NCBI GenBank assembly: GCA_964035545.1
Contig: OZ037769.1
Location: 16,646,633-16,710,632, forward strand
Reading direction: 5' to 3'
Length of the DNA stretch: 64,000 bases
From: Bugula neritina
Lineage: Eukaryota; Animalia; Bryozoa
Under the pieces are notes generated by a model, which searched no databases, was not told the DNA's origin, and worked only from the letters and a program-made list of their open reading frames with translations. Shown here piece by piece: positions 1 to 12,300 of this stretch. Position numbers and translations under genes: made by a program. How positions within the stretch are numbered: the first letter of the stretch is position 1; every line of letters begins with the position of its first letter.

Positions 1-1345
1 CTTTGAGCCCAATTTGGATAATGAGCATGACAATAACTAGGCCACCCCAACATCTTTCAACAAGTCACACTTAGTCCTACTACTCACTGACACTCTCAGC
101 CCGTATAGTAAACACCTCTAACTAAACAGCAAATGTTGTTATGGTTGAACCGTGTCTTGTTCCTCTTAGGTTTATACACTACATGATCGTTTTATTCTCA
201 CTCTGTAATAATCATGTGTGGTGACATGTAAGTTATATACCCACAGTGTGTAGATATATATAACACCACTGAATATTCACATGGTATACATATTTACAAC
301 ATATATATCTAAATTATATAATTGTTTACAAATAGTGAGACATCAGTGTTGCTCATTTAGTCTCAATTCACCATTCAATAACTCATTGCTTTGTGCTATT
401 AATTAACATATACTATCTACTGTGACAAAAGGTCAGATAACTCCTATGTATAACAGCACTTGATTAATTTTACTGGACAGTCTTTTAAATAGAAAGCTGG
501 TAATTGCTGAGAAAAACTCTTTGTAGAACACCACAAGGCTACTAGTAGCTGCCAAATACTAACCAAATGCAATTATGAAGTCACACACTTTATAGTTACT
601 CCACAAACTCTAGATTACTAGTAACAATATTTGTTTAGTTTTTGTTCTATATATATTCAAAATAAAAAAAAGCAAATTTTAATTAAAACAGAAAATGTTG
701 TTGACAAGGCTTTATGTGGAAGTATAGCACTGCAGCTATTCAAGGCTCACAAGCCATGGTATAATAATGACAGTAAATAGGTAGCAACCTTTGTGGAAAA
801 GCCGTAACTTTAGCAGTCCAAATATACTGTATGTTTTATGTAACTCATCAATGCAAATTTGCTATTAAGTAGCAGTTGAATTCGGCACTGGAAATCAACT
901 CTTCAATGGCAGTTGTTGATAAATGAAGAAATGTGCAGTGAGCTGGATTTGGAAAATCTGGTGAAATAGTTGTGTGTGTGGTGTGATGATAGTAGTAAAG
1001 TTTGTTTGGGAGTCATGGCTGTTTATTTCTAATTCTAGAACACAGGCTTTTCTCTATTTCTCCTTCAATTCACCTACCTCCAGCAATTTGGATTTCCGAA
1101 TAGGCATGATGGAAGAGTTAATACTGGTTCAGTTGAAGAGAGATAATGTTTTGCAGTGTTTTCTTCTGTAACAGATACATTTGTGACTGATAGAGCTGTC
1201 TGTGGTGCTGTTTGTAATGCAACTGGTGATTGTAGTGTATGTATGAGAGCATGTTCTTGCAAACTTTTCAACTCTCACTTTAACCAGATGTTAAAGACCT
1301 CAGACCTTAGGGGGTGAATATCAACAACTCAGTATTTTGTTGCAG

Positions 1346-3341
1346 GTTACTTACTGGAGCTATGAGAGCTTTTCTATGGTTGCCATGTTTGTTGTATGTG
1401 ACGGATGCCCAGTCTATTGCAGAAGACTATATTTTTTGGCTGAGGAGGCTTAGTGGAATTCCAGATGTGAATACATATCCAACCGTTATTAACTCTCTTC
1501 TTGTTAATATTCCAGTAGAGGTTGAAATAGAACTGGAGAACTCAGATCGTGAGCACTGTGACCCTCTACAGTCGTACTGTGTTCCATCTCAGTCAGCAGG
1601 AATCACCACTTCCACTAGTTCTACTAATATCTCAACTCCTGTAATAGTAGACTGTTTGCCTCAACGTTGTTTTTACCCAACATGTGGTCACTCGAAACCC
1701 AACTCTCTCAGTACCTTTCTGGTGTCTGAGATCCAATATCAAGTTGGCTCTCTAGACGAGGGATACTTACCCTTCAACACCTCTCTTCCAGAGTGCGGTA
1801 TCACTATGACAGGAAGTGATATCATCATCACCGAAGCTACAGGAGAGTGTAACACTGTTTTGTCACCTCAACAGATATATACCAGTTTACAGACTCCTTC
1901 ACAAAACTGGACTTTGATGTTCACAGTTGAGCAGCTTACATCACTGAATACGTCTGCACCGTGAGTCCTCTAACATAGACTGAGTCACATAGACTAACAT
2001 AGACTGAGTGAACTATTAACATAGACTGAGTAGGTCTATACTAGCATGTAATTTTGACTAATGTTTTATGAATCAAATGAACATTCAAATTTCTTTCTGT
2101 AACTTTTAGAGCTCCATTTCTCAACATTTCCGGCTATGAACCCATTATTAGAGCTCCACTTTTATTAATCAAATTAGCATTTAAACTACTTTCTGTAACT
2201 TTTAGAGCTCCATTTCTCAACATTTCTGGGTATGGATCCACTATTGACAGCCTTTCATTTGGAATATTCTGGACTCTTAGTTTCTGGTTTAATGAGAGTG
2301 GATACCTGGAAGCTAGTAACTCACCAGATCACAACCTGACAGTCTTTGACCAATACCCAACGCCGAGTCAAACTCAACACATAACTTTGCAGGTAGCTGA
2401 ACTGCAATTATTCCAGTGCTCAGTGATGATAATTATTTAATATTCACTGTATGTTATCTTTCATCTTATTTGTTTACAATTTGCAGTTTATTGAAGACAT
2501 AATCCTGGTATTTGTTGATGGAGAAGTATCTCACAGGTATTTACCACTTTCAAGCAGATTCCAGACTATTTCCGAGTACGTTGTTGGGTTTGGAGGGTCT
2601 GACATGACAGGAGAGTTTACCAACATCCAGTTATACAATGCTCAGGCCTCAACTAAGTGAGTCACTCATTTACTGTTTAAATATGTAACTGCTTTGTTAC
2701 TTGACTATTTGGGTACTTGTGTACTCAACTTGTTAGGTACTCAATAAATTGATTACATTACTACTTTTTTGTACTTAACCAATATAGCTCCTACCTATAC
2801 AGCTATCTTGAGTAATACTTGACTATGTTTTGGGTATTAAACTTTGTGTGCCTAATTACTTGGGTACTACCCCAGTATCTTACTGCTTGAACTCAAACTT
2901 TCCACACTATCATTTCTCAAAATGTGAATTTTTTTATTTTTAAATACATAAATAATGCACTTTTATTTACTGAGTACTGAATGACGAACTGCTGATCAAT
3001 CACTGATAAGTTGAATCACTTTCCTTTCTGTTGAGTACCATTTTTGTTCTCCTTTCAGTGAGATCTACTCCATGTACTCAGGATCTCCACTATCACTTTA
3101 CCGAATTCGACCCGAGTGTGAATGTCCTCGTCATTATTCTGACACATTCAGCTTTATTGCTGGAGATGAAAATCAGTTGGACTGTGTTGATCCGTACCAG
3201 AATTCAACTAGCAGGTTTGGGACTGAGACACCTTATGGCACTGCTAGCAATGGGAAACTTTCCATCTTCAACAGCAATGGCTGGAAATCAGACCACACTG
3301 ATGAGGCGGAGATAACTCTTAATTTCAATCAACCACTGTTG
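1346..3341 (+). CDS. Copy 1 exons 1-4: signal peptide, Cys-rich leader, LamG/concanavalin-like domain, start of laminin-N-like domain
   Basis: WTLSFWF...HITLQF...LVFVDGE...[24 protein letters not shown]...ECECP matches the LamG-like jellyroll pattern; exons are conserved in copies 2 and 3. Confidence 0.75.
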
Positions 3342-6300
3342 GTACGTCTCAATACAAACTGAATAATAAACAAAATAAAAATAAATTATTTAAATTTTGT
3401 TCGAAAAAAGGTAACTAAATGTAACTTTTTATGAAACAATGATGTCTTAATTTCTCAGATACCTGCAAGTTTAACAATTTTAACAATTTTAACAAACTTA
3501 GCCTCCCCACATCCGAGGACACACTACCACCGTCCAAAACCACCTCCCTCGCGACCTAAAGCGAGAGAGGTGCTCCCTGCAAGAGTAAGGCACGAAGAGA
3601 GAGTACAGGTACAGCCCCATGGGAACAGCTATTTCTTGCCCGGTAAAATAGAGGGCAAAGCTGTTACCTTCCTACTTGATTCCGGCTGTACCACGAACCT
3701 CATAAGTCGCCAACTCTTCAATACCCTCAGTACTAGGGTCAGCGGCGAGATGGAACCGTACGAGGAGAAGTATGGCTGACGGGTCGTGCATTCCCTTCTA
3801 TGGTATAATTGAGCTGACGGGACGCATTCGAGATCAACTGATCCAAGAGACGTTTATCGTCAGTTAGCTCAAGGAGGACGCCATCCTCGGGATGCCATTC
3901 CTAAAACGGCACGGATGTCACATCGACTTTAGCAAGTTTGCTATGGTGATGTCCGGGCGAAAACTCGCTTGTGTCGACAAGTTCAGCCGCCCCTTGGTGG
4001 GAGGCGTGCAGGTGGTACGAAACTGCACCGTACCAGGTCGCTCCCGGGCTACTATTCACTGCAGAGTGAACAATAACCGGTTCTCTGGACTCGGGGTAGT
4101 TGAAGGCGCGCATGAAAGAATCCAACTTGCCAGCAGCTTAAATCAGCTGACTGAGCGAGGAGAGATCTTAGTGCAGTGTGTAAACCCTTTTACTGAGTCC
4201 ATCAAGCTCCCAGTTGGGTCTATGTTGGGCCGGTTCCACTCTGTCCAAGAGGAGGACGTAGGCCCGTCGCTGGGAGATGCAACGGAGAAACCCCCTCAAC
4301 GCCCTAAAAGGGGCCAGGGACTGTCCCAACACACATCCGGAGTTATACGAGACAGCTTGTGGTGGCTGTGCGAGCAACGAGGAACACTAGGCTATGGCGA
4401 AGTTGCTACGCGACTATGGTGATGTGTTCAGTAGCGGAGGTCACGACGTGGAACTGGCTGGAGCTGTCAGACAAGAGATACCGCTGACTGCAGGAACAGT
4501 CCCTATTCGGCAACCCACATGCAAGTTGGGGCCGGAGAAGGAGGTTAGTCGACAAGTCCGGGATCTTCTAGACCGCGGCCTCACCGAGCCAGCCCACAGT
4601 GCGTGGAGCTTGCCGGTCGTGTTGGTCCTGAAGAAAGACGGAAGTTGGCGGTTCTGTGTGGACTACCGCAAGCTCATTAGCGTAACCATACAGGACGCCT
4701 ACCCTCTACCTCGTATTGATGAATCACTGGACGCCCTAGCCGGCAGCGAGTACTTCAGTACGTTAGACTTGTTGAGCGGTTACTGGCAGGTTCCTCTGAG
4801 TCCCGACGCCCAGGAGAAGGCGGCGTTTATCATCCGGGACGAACTGTGGAAGTGGAAGGTGCTGCTCTTCGGGTTAACCTCCGCCCCGGCCACTTTTCAG
4901 AGGCTGATGGAGCAAGTCCTCAGCAGACTCCACTGCACAGGATAGTTAAGGGCAGCCTTTTAGCTGCAACTGCCTTGCTGAGGTTTGCATTGTAATCATA
5001 TAAGAATTCAGTACCAGTAAAATAAAATCTCACCTAATTGTGCTAGAGTCAAAATTTAAAAACTATGTTGTAGATCTTCTTTTTCCCCAGTGTAAATTTT
5101 TTGGAAATTTCAATTTTCATTTTTTTTCTAAAGTTATAGACAAAAAACTGCCCAATTTTGGCCAATTTTGCCTGAAAAGCTGACTTTTCAGTACCAGTAA
5201 AATATCTCAGCAGCAAAACATGATATCTGAATTAAAATTGCGCTGTTGGAATCCTGAGATATTTTTCCAGTGTAATTTTTTTCTTTTTCCAATAACTCCT
5301 CTAGATTGCCCATAAATTGTTGATTTATACACTGAACATGCTCGACTTTTTCATAGATAATTAGCAGCGCGCAGCACTTCATGCTTCAATGAGCACAGAG
5401 GGATGATCAGATATTAGCGCGTACATACTAATTACAGGCTTGCTAGCTGGCAGGCTATAATGAATAGCTTGCTTTGTTCTTTGTTTATGTAGCACCCATA
5501 ATGGAACGTTTATAGATAACGCAGCTCTAATGAAGGTTGCTGCTTATTGGCTGTAGTTTAATCTTAGGCTAAACAATTGCAAGTAGGCAACACGCATGTC
5601 ACCCACAAAGCCATATTATTCAAGAACCTAAACTACATTTTGAGAAAAATTTATCATATTCTTAGTGAGGATGCCCTTAACTATCCTGTGTGGAAGACAC
5701 TGTTGATCTACCTCGATGATGTCATTGTGATCTCCCCAGACTTCGAGACACACGTCAGTCGTCTGCGGGAGGTTTTCGAAAGACTCCGAGGTGCCGGTCT
5801 GAAGCTATAACCTTCCAAGTGCGCTCTATTGCAGCCGGAGGTCAAGTACCTGGGGCACGTTGTCGGTCGAAACTGCGTGGCAACGGATCCCGAGAAGGTA
5901 CGGGCGATAGAGGACTGGGTCACCCTCCAAGATTTGACTGGACTCCGGGCTTTATTGGGTCTGGTAGGGTATTACAGACAATACATACCAGACTTTGCAG
6001 GGATAGCGCAGCCGTTAAATCGGCTCACCGCAAAGGGAGTGACTTGGCCGTGGACCCCGGTCGAACAAGGACCATTCGACCGCCTCAAGGGTTGCCTACT
6101 GACAGCACCCATCTTGGCTTACCCAGATCCTACTCTGGAGTACATCCTCGACACGGACACCAGTGACCAGAATGTTGGCGCTGTGCTGTCTCAAATAGTA
6201 ATAGCTTACTACAGCAAGTCTCTCTCACCCACTGAACAAAATTACTGCACTACCCGCAAGGAGTTGCTGGCAGTAATCAAGTCAGTGAAGCACTTTAGAC

Positions 6301-9300
6301 CATACCTGTACGGCAGGAAGTTCCGGCTGCGTACGGATCATGCCTCCCTGATCTGGTTGTGCAAGAGAGCAGAACCGTTCAGTCAGGTAGCCCGGTGGCT
6401 CGAGTTCTCCTACTGGATCGAACACCAGCCGGGTGGGAGGCACAGTAATGCAAATGGTTTGAGCCGGCGACCCGCTGGAGGTTGTAAACAGTGTCTCAAC
6501 ATTGAGAGGAGGGACGGAAGTCCCCCACGATGTGAGTTAGAGACGCTGGCTCACCACGGAGCACAGTTTGACTGGGACCAGGGTCAGCTCAAGCAGACAG
6601 CTGACAAGTGTTGTCCAGAACATCCGCGCCAACCCTGTTTTGGCCGATAATGTCCGGGAGCTGAAGAAGCTTCAGGAAGAGCTGCCTGGAGTAGTGGCAG
6701 ACATATATCAGGCCAAAAAGGAAGGGCGACGACCCAGCATGGAACAACTGCGACAGGGATGCGCCGAATTCCGGCTATTCTGCCAACGTTGGGACTCGCT
6801 GAGGATCGGGCAAGATGGTCTGTTGACCATTTTTATAGCTGCCAACGGCAGACACCCGGAGAGGAAGAGGGTGGTCTGCCCCAGTGCCATACGCCGTGAG
6901 TTAATTTGGAACACTCACAAACAGGCTCACGCAGGGGTCAAGAGAGTGATCTCCAAATTGCAACTCTAGTGGTATTGGCCCAAGATGGGGCGTGATGTCC
7001 GACTCAGAGTAAAGCAGTGTGAAATTTGCCAGGCCAGCAAGCATGGCCGTCTCCCTGGTGAAGCAGGACGGCGAAGGTTATATGCTGGAAGGCCGCGGCA
7101 AGTAGTAGCTGTCGACCTGGTCGGACCCATGCCCCTAACCCCCAGAAGCAATAGTTGGATCTTAGTACTCACCGACCACTTTACGAGGTGGGCGGACGCT
7201 CTGGCTATCCCAGATGCGTCAGCCCCGACAGTGGCCAGTGTGCTAGACCAACATGTATTCTGTTACTTCGGTCTCCCCGAACAGAAACACTCTGATCAAG
7301 GCGCTCAGTTCTAGTCTCAACTGATGAGCAACCTTTGCCGCCTCTGGGGAGTAAATCAGAGCAGGACCACCCCCTACCATCCCCAAGGTAACGGGGTGGT
7401 GGAGCGCAATAACCGTATGCTAGGTGATGCGCTCCAGAGTCTACTCCTTGGACGCAGTCAAGAGGAATGGGACACGGTGTTGCCGCAAGTCATGCGCGCT
7501 TACCGTAGCACCTCACACCAGTACTGGTGAGACCCCAAACCTCCTGATGCTCGGGAGAGCGACCCGAGTTCCTGATCATCTTACCTACCACGTTCCAGGG
7601 CAAGACAGCTCGGTTCACGAGTATGCCAGCGAACTAGTAGAACGGATGAGGGTCGCACACGAAATGCTGCAAGAAAAGCAGTGGCAGGTGCGGCGCGAGA
7701 AATCCGAGGAACCACCCCTCTATCAGAAAGGAGATTGGGTGTGGATAGTCAATTACTGTAGGCGTCGCGGACAGGTGGCTAAGTTACAGCCTAAGTTCGT
7801 GGGACCCTACGTGATAGTCGAGGCTATGCCCAACTATACCTACAAGATCGAGTGCTCAGGACATGTGTCCATCCAAAATGAGGCTCGCTTGAAGCCCCAT
7901 TGGGCTAGCCCAGACGCAGTGAGAGAAGCCCCCCCCCACCATTGTTGGAGCCCAGGAGGCAGACGACAATGCGTGGGCAAGGGCGGTATGGACCTGAATA
8001 TGAAGTGATCATTCCGCGGGAAGAAGACTTAGTACGAGACGAGCGACCGCTTTTACCTACAGAAGTGCGTTCGCTGCCTCCTACACCAAGTCTGATTCCA
8101 TCACTTCCAGAAACCGATCCGGTTCCGGAAGTGCAAACCCTCATGAAGGGAGGGGCTCCATCCGGAGAACAGGAAGAAGTAACCACTACCGGTGAATTAG
8201 AAGCGCCGTCAGAGGCCCCTGCTAATCCACCGGTGATTGCGCCACCTCCCCTAGAGCGGGGACAACCTACGAGACAACCCCGTCATATTTAAAGGATTTT
8301 GTATGTGACTGCATTAAAAGCGGCGCGTATGAAAGTCTAGCGAGGAACCGTACAGGAAAAGTATCAAGCAATTGCGGGAGTTGTCAACACCACGGAAAAA
8401 TCAACTTTTGTATCGACGGATTTAAAAATAAAATTTATCCGCCGAGCGTGCAAAGTCCTAGTCACGCACCCCAACCACGTTGCTCGATCTTTTTTTATGC
8501 TGATGCAGTCAAGAGCAGACATGTTCCTAGTCACTAGTTCAAACCATTTCACAAACATTCAGTATGTCATACAATACCGGATCATGGGGTGAGTTAACTA
8601 TGTCTTGATATGGAAACTAGATTGCATCACTCAGTTCCGACTCGTTCTCGTCAATTGAGCTAGAGATAAGCTAGTGAACTACAGTGGTAGAAACTCAGAT
8701 TGATTTAGAGGTTTCACAATCTTACTGCAGTGTGTGTTCTTTCCAACTACTCACTACCACAATCTCTACAAGTACCAACTGAACGAGAAGTTGCCAGGCT
8801 GTCTAAGGCCGACAACACTACAGTGTATTTTACTAACGCTGTTGAAACTCTTTCAAGTTACACTCGACCTGCTACAACCAGGGTACGGGATAGAGCACCT
8901 CCCGCTCCGCACCACGAGGAGCATACCAATGGCGGACGACCTGAGCCACTGCGCCGCCGCTGGCGGTGAGTGTCGCCGGAGACGGAGAAGAAGATAGAAG
9001 CGGCCTGGGGACCCAAAGGAAGGACACAATGCCAGATTTGCTACGAAGAGAGCCTGTCTCACCGCTTTCTGAGGCTACACGTCAATGCCCATTTCCTACT
9101 AACATTCTGTCCATGCGGACACAACGACGTCTACCCCTACCCCGTCACCAGGCATCGAGCGGCTGGATGCTTCCCGGGGGAGAACTATGTAGTAGATGCT
9201 GATTTCTATCCGGAATTTCTGACTCTCATACGGCCCTTGGTAAAGAAGGCGATGTTACTGGCTGTTCTAACCTCCAGTTTCCAGCATGTGTTAGACTATG

Positions 9301-12300
9301 CTAGACAGCAATCCCCATTGGTATCTGACCGCCCTCAGATTGTGTATACCCCGAAGAGTTCGCTTACCCTGAAGAAGAAGAAGAAGAAGTCTCACCCCCC
9401 TCATAGAAAACGAACACCATCTCCAGATCCTGCTTGCCTGGCCACTGTGGAGGAGCGTTTCCTTCGGCTGCAGGCTGAGTTCACCCAGTTAGCCCCGAAT
9501 CTACTCAGTACCACAACAGGACTTTACCAATTAAAAGGCTCTTTAGGCCGGATTAAACGGAAGCTACGTGCCCGTCAAGCCAAACATCGGCTTTCCAAAC
9601 ACTGACTCTGGTTCTTCTGTCTAGAATGATCAGTAAGCCTCACCCTCTTGGAAGTCCAAGGCTACAACGTACTATGATCATGTAAATGCTTGACGGCTCA
9701 TCTTCCTTGTCCAACACCACAGCTAGAGGTACTCTCTCTCTCTATAGCTAGCCAATTGTATGTGACTCGCTGTTATGATGATTGTGTCTGTCATTGTTAT
9801 ATATATATATATATGTGTGTGTTTGTATTATTTCTTTTGGTCTACTGATGTTATGTGTGTTAATTTTAAATATTTTTTTATCAGAAAGGGAGCTTTCTCC
9901 TGGTGGGGGCGGTGTGGTGGCTCGTGGAGCTACCAGCAACGTAATAAAGGGGAAATATTATTTCCCCCACGAGTGCAGCACGGGGTCATGTAGATGACCC
10001 GGAACAATGGACAGCCAATTAGCGACACTGACAGTTATTAGTAGTAGTAGTTTCTCGCTGTTATTTAGTTAAGAATAAAGTGTTGAATTGTATGGACGTA
10101 TCGATTAACTGAATGTATTTGTATAGTTTTTGTGATGTATTCTTGTGTGTAAAATATACTCGTATTAACTCGACTTATCCTGGTGAAGTTCTTTAGCAAA
10201 TAAATAGACTCTCTTGATTGCACTTCAACCCAAATCTGGAAATTATAACAGCTTGGCTCTGCCTGGATGGGTGTACTCCTACCCCTCCCCCTTCGTGCGG
10301 TGTATCGAAGACATTATCTATAAAATCCGACCGGTGGCGAAGCAGATGACATGATAAGACTGCGCGGGAGTACGACGCTTCTTCCCTATATTCATGTTCC
10401 TTACACAATCTGGTGAGGATGTACATCAAACCATGCCGACGGACTGTTTCTTTCTCGCATATTTTAAAAAATGTGTATGGCATCTATTCTGATTTGTTTT
10501 ATTCTTATGTATTTTATATTTCTTTTGTTATTATTCAAGTAGTAATTGACGAAGGTACCTTTCGATAGGAGGGGAGAATGTAAGGGTTTTTAGTAATGCA
10601 TTGGTTATATTGTAAGGGTTTTTGATAGTGCATTAGTTATATCGAAAGGATACTTCTCACTAAGACAGTTACATGATGCAGCCAGCATCATGCCATCAGG
10701 ATGGCCTGATCGTGTTGGCCAATGAAACAGGACTAGCAATTAATTAGTAGGCGGAGCTGTCGATGTACTGTGAAAGCATGCTAGGTAGCTTGATCGGCAG
10801 AGAGGACTGGATTGCGTTATAGTAAAGTCGTGTACTAATAGCTCTCTATGATGTAACAGTGCGTTATTTGTAGTCTCTTTTATTATTGTATGCTTAGATA
10901 AATAAATTCTATTCAAATCGTCAGCAACCTGATGAAATAGCTTTGTATAAGTTGACCCACTACTCTAAAGTGTGAACAGCGAAATTTACTACACTATAGC
11001 TATGTTAGTTTGTATGCTGGCTCTAAGGTACATGAAATTGTTGATTACTAGTTGGTTGTTACTAGTTGCTAGAACTTTACTAGTTACTAGTTGCTAGTTA
11101 CTAGTTGCTAGTTACTAGTATTTTACTACCAAGTAATCACTTTTGCATAGATATGCAAGTAACTTAGCCCTATAAATGACTGTGTTTTACAGAATAACTA
11201 TGGATAACCAAAGAACCACCAGTTTTGCATCTTTGTATCAAGTGAATGTGCTTCTACTATCTTTTTACAGATGTATGCTGTTACTGGCAATTTCCGTATA
11301 TTTCCGGATGTGAACTCGACACTTTTTCGCCCTGCTAGGATGGAGATTGAACTAATCAGTACTAACCCGGCTATAGAGGGTGCTGTATCTTACATCAGCG
11401 ATGACTGTTTAGAAGACTATGGTATAGATCCGTACAACTATAACACTGTGTTTGGAGAAGGGAATAGTATACTTCCTCAGAAAAGAAAGAAACGAGCTGT
11501 GGTACAGACAAACATTACACCAAAATGTTTCAACTGGAAAGATGTCGCTCCACCTTCTAGCAGGTATTTGAACACTATTACCACTTGCATGACTCATCAT
11601 CATAATCTGATTTATTAAACTCTGTTCTTGCTTTTAGAATTTTAGCTAAGGAATTTTTTATTTTCTCTAAAAAATTATAAATTGAAGGGAATGGCAGAAT
11701 GATTATTTATTAATAGAAAATTCATTAATAAAATATTAAATATTACATAGCATTTCTCTATACATGTTCTTTTAGGACGTTTTCTATAGAGCTTCTTTTT
11801 AGACAATTTATCTTGTTATGTGAGATTGCGTAATATTAGACATTATCAACATATGCCGTATGGTGATTCATAATAAAGGAGATAACTCTAATAGATTTCC
11901 ATTGTTGGACATAGGAGAATAGGTGTGCTGTGACCTGAAGCTTTAACTATTTTGATTAAACTGTGAAGATAGTTTAGGGACTAATTATATTTGGTGTTAA
12001 CTTAGAGTTTAAACCTCGCACTATGTTGTGTGTAAGTATTATTGTACGTTTCCAGGTATGTTAGTTGGTTTTACATTCCAATTCTGACACCTACCGAAGT
12101 GGGAGAGTACCTAAATGATGCGTACAGCAGCACTCAGTTGTACATCCGTCTCATTGGACACACGTCTCTTGTGGACGCTGCCAGAAAGGAAAACTGGTAC
12201 TGGATTAGGAGCCTTGGAATATACGGGAGGTAATAAGTTCTGCCTTTCTATCTCTATTACCAGTACCATGTTTCACAAAGTCATTATTTGTGTAGTAACT

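Larger units (their letters stand above)
3501..10250 (+). mobile_element. Ty3/Gypsy LTR retrotransposon A, 5'-truncated and degenerate, in copy 1 intron 4
   Basis: Protease LLDSGC (3570-), [16 protein letters not shown], RNase H DTDTS, integrase DLVGP...YHPQGNG, with multiple stops and frameshifts. PPT GGTGGGGGCGG, 3' LTR 9913-10250 (TGTGGTGG...AACA) homologous to the element B LTRs. Confidence 0.93.
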
